64,000 nucleotides of DNA from Eledone cirrhosa. Lineage: Eukaryota. Numbering within the stretch: the first letter of the stretch is position 1; every line of letters begins with the position of its first letter. The stretch covers positions 189,410,001 through 189,474,000 of the forward strand of contig OZ024743.1 in NCBI GenBank assembly GCA_964016885.1, written 5' to 3'. Positions 12,661 through 25,299 of this stretch are shown piece by piece. Made by a program: the position numbers and the translations under genes. The notes under the pieces are model-generated. The model had not been told where the DNA came from. It was given only the letters and a program-made list of their open reading frames with translations, and did not search any database.

Positions 12661-14788
12661 GCATGTATGTATCTTCAAATAACTGTGCTGTTGATGCAAA
12701 TGTCCAAATCCCAAATATGGGACCCTCTTATCTGTGAAATACTCTACTTTTGATAAGTGTTTAAGTTGTATTGCTGTTGTCATATTTCTTATGCTTTTCT
12801 ATTATTCAAAATGCTATGAGAAGAACAAACTTTGCCTTTGGGAAAATGTATCGGAGTCTTTCATTTTATGCTTTCAAAATGCTTATGAAGAATAAAATTT
12901 GATTCTATAAGCAAGTGTAAAGTGTAGTTACCTATATAATTCTTCTATTGTAGATATAGCAATGAGCAGTATGTTATAATACTATATATTTACAGCCAGA
13001 TGGATTGAGCCAGTGGTTGCATTGGCTATGGACACAATATAGCTCTAGCAAAATGATATTAACTGCTATAAGTTTAAAGTTATATCAACGTGACCATAGT
13101 ACATCATCATCGTCATTTTCAACATCTTTTTAGACAATATGTATCATATGCTTTAAAATCTTAGATGAATTCTAAAAATAGAGAATAATAAAATCAATAT
13201 TTTACTAATACATGTTTTCCTATGAAGTAAGAAGGTAGCTCACCAGCATAATTTCATACTTAATTGATTAATCAAAAATGAGTTTTACACTATTCCGTAT
13301 TCATATTTTCTGTTATAAGTTTGACAAATTGTATGTTACACAATGCCTCTTATTTCTAAATTTATTTTGTTTATTACTTAATTGGTACTTTAATATGTTG
13401 ACCCCAGAATGGTGAAAGAGAAAGTTGAACTTGGTGCAATCTGAATCCATAATGTAAAGAGGGCTGGGGGAAAATATTGTAACTGCCAGTGCTAATTATA
13501 AGAACTATGTGTTATGGTTTTGCCTTATCATTTCTATTCCAGTCTTGTCATGTTTATCAACTAGGCTATAAAAAGACTAATTTTTAAAAAAATATTAATA
13601 TTCAGTCACTTCTAATTCCATGACAGCTGTCTTCTGGTCTTCTAAACCTTTTTATTAAGTTTTACCCTAAATCAGATAAAGGGCAATGATCTTGAAGAGT
13701 AGAATTTTCATGGCATCCTTTAATGTCAGCTTTCTCTGTGCATATGAGTTGGATGGTTATCAACATAATGGGTTAGTATTCAAAGATCAGAGGTACTGAC
13801 CCCAATGTGGGCTGATGACCTGCAGCTCACATTTCTGTGATCAACAGAGTGCTCAGATGGGCTGGCAGCCCATGATACATCTACATATGACTCCACACAC
13901 TAGTCCAGTTCTCATGCCCATGACACACCTGAAAGGTCCTCCCAACCCTTTGGCTTGTTTTCTAAGGCTTAAAGATTCTTACTATCACCAGCCACCTTAT
14001 AGAATGCACTGGATGTATTTTGTGTATATCACAAACACTAGAGTTTTCTGATACTTTGCTTGGTAAGTTTTTCTATGCTTGGATGCCATTCTTATCATCA
14101 ACCACTTTATAGAAGACACTGGGTGCATTTATCATGTAAATCACCAGATTTGTCATGTCTGTGATACAGCTGATGTGTCTTCCTGTCCCTTTGTGAATTC
14201 TACCCAACTATTAACAGCTCTCACATGTGTTTTCCTTGCTGATGTTTTTCCTTACATCGAATGACATGTATAATTTCATACTGAAAATCCCACTCACACA
14301 CCAAACTCAGCAAGTTATCAATAACTTTTATGTATAAGAGTCTCACAAAAGAGAAAAATGAATACTGATACTATTTCTCAATTTCTGCAGACTAATCAAA
14401 GAAAAATAAAGAACAAAGAAAATGAAAAACAAAAATACTTTTATTTAATTGAATACAAATAGGCCAAGAGCAACAAATGTTTCATATATGGTTTCTGATT
14501 GCAAATTTGATAAGTTAAGAAATGACAATAAATTAGCTAGTACACAATAGCGTATGTGTTAATGAGAAATTCAAAATTCCATAGTTTGATTACAATGAAT
14601 TTCACCCCCCCCCCCCACCTCTCTATATCTATCTCCATATATATATATATATATATATATATACACTCATACAGGCACACAAAAACACCTATTATTGCAC
14701 ATATAAATGTGTATATCAATATGCTTATAAACACATGATTGTAAATGTATATTCATACATACATACATATATACATACACACACACAC

Positions 14789-14820
<32 letters not shown>

Positions 14821-14830
14821 TGTATATATG

Positions 14831-14865
<35 letters not shown>

Positions 14866-16814
14866 TTATATATATATATATATATAAATACATACACATA
14901 CACCCATGAATATACAATGATGCTCATATATATATTCTCACACACACAAACACATAAAGAAAGACCTGTAATAAGATGAATATGATAATACTTGAGTTAA
15001 TATATGATATTCAATTTTATTTTTACATTTTTTTTTTCACCTATTATTATAAATTTGATTTGAATATAATAGTGAAGAAATAAATAAAAAATTAATAACA
15101 ATAATTTCTAATTACTTTTGATTTCAGATGATGATTTGGGAAATTGGAAGACAAAAATAAAAATGGAAAACAAATAATAATAATATAGAAAACAATAAAG
15201 AATTATTAATATACTAAATTGATAGAAAAAGAATATTGTAATTCAAACAATTGATAATTGCCTCTTACATAGACTTGAAAGTTTTCAATGCTGTTTAAAG
15301 GATGGAATATGAGAAGTTATGATAATATTGTTGGTGTTATTTAACCCTAGGCATATTTTGTTAGCCATGACCATTCATTCTGTCTATATTTTTCTGGTAC
15401 ATATCCATATAGGTGGCAAACTGGCAGAAGAGAATGGAAGAAATGAATGTGGTAATACTTCTTCTTATCCTTCCCCCCCCTCTTCCACCACTACTACTAC
15501 TACTAGTACTACTCTCCACCATCCCTCTACTACTACTATCAGCACCACTGCCTCCATTGACTCATTTCTTATTCAGTGAGAGAGTTGTCTTTTATTAATG
15601 TTACAAATGCTGGAACAATATGTTGGGGTAAATTCTTAACATCTTGTATCATATGAAATAACATTAGCAATAAATTGTTTGAAAGTACAAAACAGCACTA
15701 TGACTGCTTCACATTGAAAAATAAAATCTTTACTTGAGTCTACTGCAAAATCTGTCCACTAGTAAAGATACTGTAATCATTTGAATTAACAAGCCCACTT
15801 TTATATATTTTCTGCTAAATGGATTAATGAGAGTGAAGTTATTTTACTTCTGAAAATATGACATTTAAAAAAAATCTACTAATCTGTATCACTCTTGTTA
15901 ATAGAACTAAAGGATAAATTATGCCAACAAAGGAACCCTCTACATGGTGGCTTGACCTGTGAGAAGTAGCAGCAAATCACCCTGCAATTACTTCCTACCA
16001 TTTTGAAAAGGGACATATTGGATAATGCAGTTCTACATGTGCAATGGTCAATAAAGGGATGAAACGGTCTTAGCTTAAACAACTTTGATTATAGGTCCAC
16101 TGGATCATGGTTGATGAATGTCTAGACAAGAACAAAAACTAGAGATGAAATCCTTTCTCTAACAAATAAATCAAAATATTAGAAAATGCAATAACAAAGT
16201 TGTCTTTTACTGTTTAGCCAGGAAGGGAAGGGCATGGGCCAGGATCCTTTCCTGAGTCTGTTTTGGGCAGATAGAAGAAGGTATCCTCAAATTGATGACT
16301 TGGTCTAAATGCTTGCAACAGACCTGATTGAGCTAAAGGCACTCAAGGTGTTAAACTAGGGGACAGATTAAGCTATATATTATTTAATGCTTTTTAGTCT
16401 AGAGTCAGATCTGATCATGCTGAATCAAAGGCATTCTAGCCACGAATATAATCTGTTATTCAAATATAGTGTATCTATAACTACATTATCTAATGTCATC
16501 TTACATTTTGAATGAAATTCAAATGTGATTTGATGAATATTATGCTGCTATTTCTTACAGACTGAACAACCACATGCAGGCTTCCTCATTAACTTGTCCT
16601 GATGCTAATATAGTTTGCCACTGTTAGCTTCAGAAACCTAGTAGTTTACTTACTACCAGTGTTAATATAGAAAATTCCTACAACTATCAATAGTCAGATG
16701 CTAGGAAAAGGGGAAATATAATGTTTTGCATCACCTTAATGGTACAGAAACTAATGTTGAATGCTGGCTGTATATGGTGGGGACATCTAATCTTCATTAT
16801 TTTGGCAGAATATA

Positions 16815-17170
16815 TGGCGGTGGATTGGCAGTATCGGTGGAGGGTCGGACGCCATGCTTTCCAGCATAGTTACGTCCTTTTACGATCTGAGTTCAAATCC
16901 CGCCGAGGTTGACTTTGCCTTTCATCCTTACGGGGTCAATAAAATAAAAGTACCAGTAATGCACTAAGTAATTGCTGACCTTGTGCCTAAAATAGAAACA
17001 ATTATTTAGGCAGAATAGATAGTCGGACGCCGTGCTTTGCAGCACAGAGTTACGGCCCTTTACGGTTTGAGTTCAAAACTTTGCCTTTCATCCTTCCGGA
17101 GTCGATAAAATAAAGCACCAGTAATACACTGGGTTAATTGATGGTCTTGTGCCAAAAGTAGAAGCAATTA
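16815..17170 (+). mobile_element. Two tandem family A SINEs (16815-17003 full length, 17021-17170 truncated)
   Basis: Same sequence as 651-833. Confidence 0.85.
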
Positions 17171-17369
17171 TTTATTTTACTGTACTAGTATGGTCAGGAA
17201 TGTTTACTTTATAGTAGTAGTAGTAGTAGTAACAGCAGCAGTAGCAGCTGTACTAGTAGTAAATTAGTAGTAGTAGTAGTTTTAAAGTTTGAATTCTTGA
17301 GTATTTGGTCAACAGTCCAACATCTCTGCATCATATTCATAATTTCCATTTCCCTAACCAGCTCACCTA

Positions 17370-17703
17370 TCATTATCATCATTTTACGTCTGCTTTTCCC
17401 TGTTTGCAAGGGTGGGATGGGAACTGATCCTGGCTTGATTTCTACAGCTGAATGCCCTTCCTAACACCAACCTCATTTACAGTGAGTGCTGGGTGCTTTT
17501 TTGCCATGGCACCTCCACGACTACTTTGCAGTGGAATGATATGGACCCCAGTCTCTATCATCTCATTTCTACAGCTCAGTAAACTGGAGCAATGTGAAAT
17601 AAAGTGTCTTGCTCAAGGAAACAACACATCACCCAGTCTGATAATTGAACTCACAACCTTTCGATTGCAAAGCTAATGCTCTAACCACTAAGCCATGTGC
17701 CTC
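17370..17703 (-). mobile_element. tRNA-derived SINE family B with RTE tail
   Basis: A-box GGCTTAGTGGTTAGAGC, B-box GAGTTCAATT, body TCCTTGAGCAAGACACTTT, tail TTGCAAACAGGGAAAAGCAGACGTAAAA(TGA)n. Confidence 0.85.
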
Positions 17704-18662
17704 CTCACCCAATAAATTAATATCCTATAATCTGTCACGATGTAAAAAATTGAATTATGTGAGCTGTTTAAAGGTTTGGATCCAGGGTAAAATGCATGGC
17801 AATATATCCTCAATTTGAATTGATTAAATTCATATTGAGCTTTACACTTCTCTCTTTCTCTCACACACATACATACTCACAATCTCTCTCTCTCTCTCTT
17901 TCTCTCATATATGCACTCACACTCTCTCCTTTTCTCTCACACATTCACAGTCTATCTCTATCTCTCACACATACACATTCTCTCTCTCTCTTCTCTCACA
18001 GTCTCGCTCCCCCCTCTCTCTCTCGCTTCTTGTGTTCCTTCTTTTTCAGCCAATTCCATGATTGAGTTGATGTACTGTCAAAACATTCTGCTTAGAATAT
18101 AGCTCTTCCAACAAGAATTAGTGTACAACGTATTATATCTACTCCAAACCCTGACTACAAAATATCTGAGTAGAATCTATAATGAGAATATGTTGTTGAG
18201 GAGCCATTTAATAGTTAATAATTACTGTAAAATGTCAATGATAACATATGTTCCCATGCTAAGGTCATTTTCCTTTCTATCAATAAGGAGATTTAGACAG
18301 AAAGGGTTCCTGGATAAAAAAAATTTACATATATATATATATATATCATCATCATCATCGTTTTATATATAAGCATATATATATATATATAAATATATAT
18401 GCATATATATATATATATATATATATAGATATATATATATATATATATATATAGATATATACTTATATATCTATATATATATCAGAAGATGTATGTAAAT
18501 ATGTATATATATATAGATGTATGTATATGTATATATACTGTATATATATAAAAATATATATATATATATATATATATATACCATATACTGTACCAATTGT
18601 TGTGTTGTTATTTCTATTTACCTTGTTGTTGTATGGACTGGGAATCGAACTCACAACCTCAT

Positions 18663-18903
18663 TGTTGTATGGACTGTTGAATTCGTTTTATTCAATTTAC
18701 ACGTGCTCACACATTTGCATATGAATCACGTGACCTGGGCAGTCAGTCAGCGTTGGTATTAAAAACTCGGTCACAGACTGCTTCACTTACTTTATGTTAT
18801 TCTGCTACTGTGAGGAGGGGCGTTTTGGTTGTTTCGTACAATACACAAATTATTTGATATAACTCGTTGTGTTTTCTCTGCGAGTACCGAGAGGAATACA
18901 ACA
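18663..18903 (+). mobile_element. LTR (TGTTGTAT...ATACAACA termini)
   Basis: 8-bp inverted termini with TG..CA, TATTAAAA box, followed 8 nt later by a PBS. Confidence 0.7.
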
Positions 18904-18911
18904 GAGTTTAT

Positions 18912-18929
18912 TGGCGTCGCCGATAGGAT
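18912..18929 (+). promoter_or_regulatory. Primer binding site, tRNA-Ser-like
   Basis: TGGCGTCGCCGATAGGAT is complementary to a tRNA 3' end (..ATCCTATCGGCGACGCCA), resembling tRNA-Ser(CGA). Confidence 0.6.
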
Positions 18930-21260
18930 TTACCTACATTGCCGATACTTTTACATATAAATATATGCGTTCTCTCTGCTGTAGAGCACCATAAATTGAA
19001 TAGTATATGCTGCCATTTCAAGCGGCTTGTTCTGTTCATACCACCGGTCACTCCTTCGTGCACGTATTTCCCTCTAGTCACACGTGCTACAGGTCAGTTA
19101 CTATAGTTCACTTTAGTAGTGGGGACAATATCGGCTTGAGCATGAAGCAATAAATTAAAAGAATGATGGATAATAGTTATTATTTGTTGTTATGTTTGTA
19201 TAGTGTATCAACAGAAGTCACCAATATAGCAGCAAGTTAATATGTAACAAGAATATGTAACAACAATGTATTTGTTTGTAATTGGAAAGGTATGGTTTGT
19301 TATATCAATACATATAAGTTGAATTTGCAGGTTGCTGTATGTCTCATGTTCTGTTGTTCTGCTGTGAATATAACCCTGTAAAGAATATTTCCATATCACA
19401 TTTAAAGACAATGGCTGTGGTAAATAACATCACAAGACTTTAGCATGTATTAACAAAGGTGAGAAGAGCTGGATGCCAAAACAAATTAAGATTTGCAAGA
19501 GAAGGGACGGTTTACTGGCTGAGGTGTTAGCCAGACTGTGGTTATTTTGTTGTGTCAATGTATGCGGAACAAAATAAGAATTGTGTTTACCTTACCGTAG
19601 TTCATGCGCAAGGAGGATTAGTTTATTAAAAGAAGCGGGAATTTCTCGGTTTGGGCGGAAGTTGAAAATACATATCCGAGCGTAGATCACGATGGTTTAA
19701 CTTAGCCTAATAACGTATGGAAAGAGTATTAATGCGCCAAAGGAAAGTAGCTTGCTACAATACCTCCAGTTTAGACCGGAAAGGCGATAAATAAGAAAAA
19801 ATTGAATTTGCAATGATCCATTAAATAAACGCTGAAAAAGAGCTCATCAATGAAAAAAAATTGAATGAATGCATGCAAGAAGAAAATTGTGAATGAGGCG
19901 CTCAGGGCCTGTGTTAAGCCACTGTGTCAAATGACAAGCTGGTTGCTATTTATACGTGACCACCCGGGGTCTAATAGAAAACGAATAAAGTCTGGCATGG
20001 GCGAAAAGTTGCTGTTCTTGCATTAAATGTAAGTTGTTATGGTAATCGTTTTACCAGTAGCTGTTGTCAATGATGGTGCTGTTCATAGTGTTTTACCAGA
20101 GCTGTGTTAGCTGTTGTGGCAATCAGTGTACCAGAGCTATGTAGATGAAGCTGTTATGGTAATTTACCAGTAGCTGTGTACAGGCAGGTATCTGCATTTG
20201 CCGATTGCTAATTCCGGTGAAAGAGATCCAACGAATCTAGGGTGGCTGTTCTGCAGTCATGAAATGTGAGTCAATATTCGCAGGTGCTGGCAAGGAATTG
20301 ATGGGTAGGCGAGAAATTGTCGGCCTCCGAGTGAATGCCAAAAGTGCTTGACAGCCAGGAAAAATGGCTAAAGTTGCTTTCAAAAGAAGGCAAGAGGTTG
20401 AATCTGTTGTTGGGTCGTTGGTGACGTAATTGTAGCTGTATTTCCGCTCTTCGTAGGTGTGGTGGGTACAGCGATGTAACTATAACACTACCACATCGTT
20501 GATGCTGAGGGTGACAAAGTTATCATTTTGAAAGCATTTTTCCGTGCTGTAATTCTTTGAAATACAGCTAATTTCTTTCCAAAGGAATGTTTTCTGCAGC
20601 GGGTGCATAAGGAAAACAACGTGATGCCATGTTAGCATATCAACAAGAAAGTTTTTACATGGTGTGTTGACACAATACAAGAAGGGTTGCGTGTTGTTGT
20701 TGTTTTTTTGTTTTTTAAACACTGCTAAACATTTTTTTGTAGAGGAACATTTCGTTCCCACGGCGGGTCACCACTTTAGATGTGTTTAAAATCTTATTAA
20801 CGGGAATGATAATATTTAATATTGTATTGTTTGTATTGTATTTATGTGTATCAGTATTAACAGAGGTCACCAATATAGCAGCAAGTAATAGCAACGAGAT
20901 TATGTAACAATAATGTATTTTATTAACGAAGGTTGAAGTGAGTAGTGCTGGCATGCCAAACAAATGAAATTAACTAATTAAGAGTCCAGAAGGCACGGTC
21001 TACTGGCTGAGGTGTTAGCCAGGCCCGTGATTATAACTTTGAGTTATATATTGGCTATTGTTTGCGGAGCAAAATAAGAATTGTGATTACCTTACCATAG
21101 TTCACGCGCAAAGAGGATTAGTTTATTAAAAGAAGCGGAATTTCTTGGTTTGGGTGGAAGTTGAAAATACATATCCGTGCACGGATCACGATTCGCTTAA
21201 CTTAGCCAAATAACGTACGGAACGAGTATCAATGCGCCGAAGGAAAGTAGCTTGCTACAA
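18930..21260 (+). mobile_element. Internal region of decayed LTR (Gypsy-like) element with internal direct repeats
   Basis: Direct repeats ~19205-19760 and ~20855-21260; degenerate zinc-knuckle-like ECQKC...G..AK at ~20280-20380. Confidence 0.5.
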
Positions 21261-21452
21261 ACCCATGATGATGATCGACAAAACTGATTTTGAACCCGCT
21301 TATAAGGTGAAACAATCTCTTAGTGAGTTTGTACATGTGCGATTTAGTTATGAGGTAGGTTTTTCATTTTAATTTATCCCTTTAATTGGTATCTTGCTCT
21401 TATACCTCTCTTAGCTTATATTCTCTTCACGCAAGCGGTTAAAATTCTGTAA

Positions 21453-21487
<35 letters not shown>

Positions 21488-21644
21488 AAAATTAGAATTG
21501 GTGCTCTGTAAATTGTATATATATATACATTCATATATATATATCGCTATTTCAGAGCACCAATTCTAATTTTCAATTTCTGCTTGACCGCCAACCGCTC
21601 TGTATAATCAGTTCCTGTTTATTACTAGAATCCTATAAGAATCA

Positions 21645-21850
21645 AACATTCATGATTTTCAGCAAACAGGCGGAGTACTTAGCTTTGATAAGCACCAAAA
21701 AGTGCGAAACGGAGCTCTGTCAGCTTTATCTCCCCTGTTTGCTGAAAATTAAAGTAAGTGAGACTGTCACTACTCAAAAACAATAGCGAAAGGTCTTCGA
21801 AATGCTTTTAATTAAGCATACAGCGTATTGCAAAATACACTATATATACA

Positions 21851-21934
<84 letters not shown>

Positions 21935-22137
21935 GAATGTATATATAGTGTATTTTGCAATACACTGTATGCTTAATTAAAAGCATTTCGAAGACCTTTC
22001 GCTATTGCTTTTGAGTAGTGACAGTCTCACTTACTTTAATTTTCAGCAAGCAGGGGAGATAAAGCTGACAGAGCACTTGTTGATGCTTATTAAAGCTAAG
22101 TACTCCGCCTGTTTGCTGAAAATCATGAATGTTTGAT
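21645..22137. repeat. Inverted repeat (~21645-21865 / ~21925-22137) around a (TA)n core; two pLTR-like copies tail-to-tail
   Basis: Direct reverse-complement match. Confidence 0.9.
21656..21748 (+). ncRNA. Type I hammerhead ribozyme with U3-A8 core and long bulged helix I
   Basis: ttttcagcaaacaggcggag..agct-TTGATAA(21685-21691)-gcac caaaaa gtgc-GAAAC-GGAGCTCT-GTC^-agct..ctcccctgtttgctgaaaa. Confidence 0.8.
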
Positions 22138-22138
22138 G

Positions 22139-22696
22139 CACACGTATATATATGTACGTATGGGTTTACCGAACATTTAATATAATGCTCGGTTTATTAG
22201 TAAACAAACTGGCCGAATTAGTAAACAACCATCGTTGCCCTTTTGTTCAACACTGACAAAGGAACGATGAACTAGTTTCTAGCTTATTAGCTGTCATCAT
22301 ATATGTATACATATATGTATGTACGTATACATACTTATATTTAAGTATCAAGCCGTACTAAGTGTGAGAAATGAAATATCATTTTTTTCCATTTATTGTT
22401 TACGGTACACCCGGCCGACTAACTCACTCGATATGCAAATTAGGCTGCTCAGACATTAATATGCATGAGGAAAGTATATACTTTCAAACGTTCAATCAAC
22501 TGACAGGAAGGTATACAGTGCTAATGACAGGTAATAAGCTAGAAACTAGTTCATCGTTCATTTGTTAGTGTTGAACAAAGGGGCAACGATGGTTGCTGAA
22601 CACTGTACCGCTAATAATTCGGGCTGTTTGTTTACTAACAAACTGATCATTATGGTAAATGTTTGGTAAACCCATACGTACATATATATAAGTGTG
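22139..22696. repeat. Fold-back element (arms ~22139-22299 / ~22523-22696) with degenerate HHR in each arm
   Basis: CTAATGA-cagg taataa gcta-GAAAC-TA-GTT at 22521-22551; TGATGA-cagc..gcta-GAAACTAGTT on minus at 22270-22299. Confidence 0.75.
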
Positions 22697-22712
22697 TATG
22701 TATGTATATATG

Positions 22713-22938
22713 TCCGTTCTTCCAAGCTAGCATGGGTTAGACGGGTTGGTTGTCCTGTTGTGGGCAGTGTCCGGTCGGCTGACCTTGTCTAACAACCTCA
22801 TTTACAGTGAGTGCTGGGTGCTTTTTTTCCATGGCGCCTACACGTACACTTTACAGTGTGGGCTGGGTGCTTTTTTGCCGTGGCACCACCACGACCTCTA
22901 TATATATAGATGTTAAAATGACAATGATGATGGTGATG

Positions 22939-22969
<31 letters not shown>

Positions 22970-23173
22970 CAGTCAAATCGGACCAAGGATACAATGTTTC
23001 CGTTGGTTTTTTCAATTGTTAATACACTCTATCGTTTGAAACTCCAGGTAGAAGGAGCAATGGGAAATAAAATGTCTTGCTCAATGACATGACGCATCGC
23101 CCAAGTCCAGGAATCAAACTTACAATCTCACAATTGAGATTACAATTCTCTTACCACTCAGCCACGAGCCTTC
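22713..23173 (-). mobile_element. Family B SINE fragments
   Basis: Tail fragment 22713-22897 and head fragment ~23050-23173. Confidence 0.7.
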
Positions 23174-23188
23174 ACTATATATTTACAA

Positions 23189-23219
<31 letters not shown>

Positions 23220-23234
23220 CATATACATACATTT

Positions 23235-23303
<69 letters not shown>

Positions 23304-23680
23304 TAAATATATATCCACACACATATACATATATATATATATGCATAAATATATATCCACGCATAAGATTTCTGACAGAGAGCAAATCTTGTTATTAACA
23401 AAAGACTTCATGCCAGACACATTTTATAGTCTCCTTTCTCAATATATTGGTCATTTAACAACACAGCTTATTTTTATATATATTTTCATTAATTTGATGT
23501 TATTTTCATATAGTTATTTGCTGCATAATAAAAGAAATCAAATGGTACTTGAAATATGGTATTCAGAATGAATTTTATACTGAATAGGAGGATTGGGGGT
23601 GAGAAATGGGAAAATACAGTTCAAGGAAAACTGACAGACATTCATCCATACACACACACAGACATGAATACTTATACACA

Positions 23681-23770
<90 letters not shown>

Positions 23771-23867
23771 ACACTGGAAGGTAATATCCGTAGTGGTAGA
23801 GCACTCAGTCATGGTACGAGTTTGGTTGAATTTGACATAAAAACGATGATGATGATGATGAGGATGA

Positions 23868-24211
23868 TATGTGCAATGTCAATGTGCATGAACGACCAAG
23901 CATAGACGAGATGAGAAAGAAACTGGGTATAAGAGGGATAAGTTGTGGTGTGCAGGAAAAAAGGCTGAGATGGTATGGACATGTGATGCGCGTGGAGGAT
24001 GACCGATGGGTGAAGAAGTGCCAGAAAGTCTCAGTGGAGGGAAGACGCAGTAGAGGTAGACCACGAAAAACATGGGCGGAGGTGGTGCGAGCAGATCTCA
24101 GATCGTTGAAACTCACCGAGGAGATGACGAAGGACCGTGACAAGTGGAGAGATGATGTGCTGAATAAGACCCGTCCAACCCTTGCAAGCAGGGAAAAGCG
24201 GACGTAAAATG

Positions 24212-24249
<38 letters not shown>

Positions 24250-24250
24250 A
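23868..24250 (+). mobile_element. RTE-clade LINE 3' end
   Basis: RLRWYGHVMR...GRRSRGRPRKTW; (GAT)n tail. Confidence 0.9.
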
Positions 24251-24393
24251 TATATATATAAGCAAAGAGTTATTTAATTTGTTGGTTACTCAACAAATTT
24301 AGTTTATAACAGATTATAAGCACTCTACAGATTTCTTCTGGAGTATAATATCAATAATATTAATAAATCGATATTATCTTTATAAAACCATAT

Positions 24394-24456
24394 TTATTTT
24401 ATTATATATATTTCAAGGGTACCAACATTTTTGGTACGCACTCATCAGATAAAATA
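24394..24456 (-). ncRNA. Type I minimal hammerhead ribozyme
   Basis: Minus: tattttat-CTGATGA-gtgcgtacca..tggtaccctt-GAAA-tatata-TA^-ataaaata. Confidence 0.82.
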
Positions 24457-24589
24457 TAAAAGTTGTTTTACAGATAGTGACATATTCAAAACAAGAACTT
24501 ATCGTTTTGCATTCATTTGACTATTCAAGCAGAACACAAAAAGATAAGATCTTGTTTTGAATATGTCACTATCTGTAAAACAACTTTTA

Positions 24590-24653
24590 TATTTTATCTG
24601 ATGAGAGCGTACCAAAAATGTTGGTACCCTTGAAATATATATATAATAAAATA
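24590..24653 (+). ncRNA. Type I minimal hammerhead ribozyme
   Basis: tattttat-CTGATGA(24598-24604)-gagcgtacca..tggtaccctt-GAAA-tatatata-TA^-ataaaata. Confidence 0.82.
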
Positions 24654-24728
24654 AATAAGGTTTTATAAAGATAGTTTCCACTTATTAATATTATTGATTG
24701 GTGATAGACAATATGCCCCCACACCCTC

Positions 24729-24993
24729 CCACTGCAAAGTGGTCGTAGAGGTGCCACGGCAAAAAAGCACCCAGCCCATACTGTAAAGTGGACATGTAGG
24801 CGCCACGGAAAAAAGCATCCAGCACTCACTGTACATGAGGTTGGTGTTAGGGAGGGTATCCAGCTGTAGAAATCAAGCCAAAATCAGTTCCTGTATGAGC
24901 AAGGCATGGTCAGTCGACCAGACACTGCCCACAGCAGGACAACCCGTCTAACCCAGGCTAGCATGGAAGAACGGGCGTAAAACGGTGATGATG
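24729..24993 (+). mobile_element. Family B SINE, 5'-truncated
   Basis: Body and RTE tail match 37740-38020. Confidence 0.8.
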
Positions 24994-25299
24994 ATATATA
25001 TATACACACATATCATCATTTTCGTTTTTATGTCAAATTTTCCCTGTGTTGAATGAGACTTATGAAGCAATGTCTTACAGCTGGCTACCTTTTATAACCC
25101 TAATCCTTTTAATCACCTCACAGGACTCAGTAGGATATGATATAGATATTCTAATCTAGTGCAGTGACTGAGTTGTTAGAGCATCAGTTTAAATACCTCC
25201 TGCCATTTGTTCCACAACACTGCTCTGTGCTCAAATCATCACTAGATCAATTTTGCTATTATACTGGTGTGAATAGGGAAAATTTGCATATATATATAT

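Larger units (their letters stand above)
24261..24700. mobile_element. ORF-less PLE-derived fold-back element with two opposed HHRs
   Basis: Arms ~24380-24495 / ~24550-24675; same family as 53090-53547. Confidence 0.85.

Noticed and set aside
15117-15180. Possible host terminal exon (TTTCAG then DDLGNWKTKIKMENK*)
   Set aside because: Too short, no recognisable homology or partner exons
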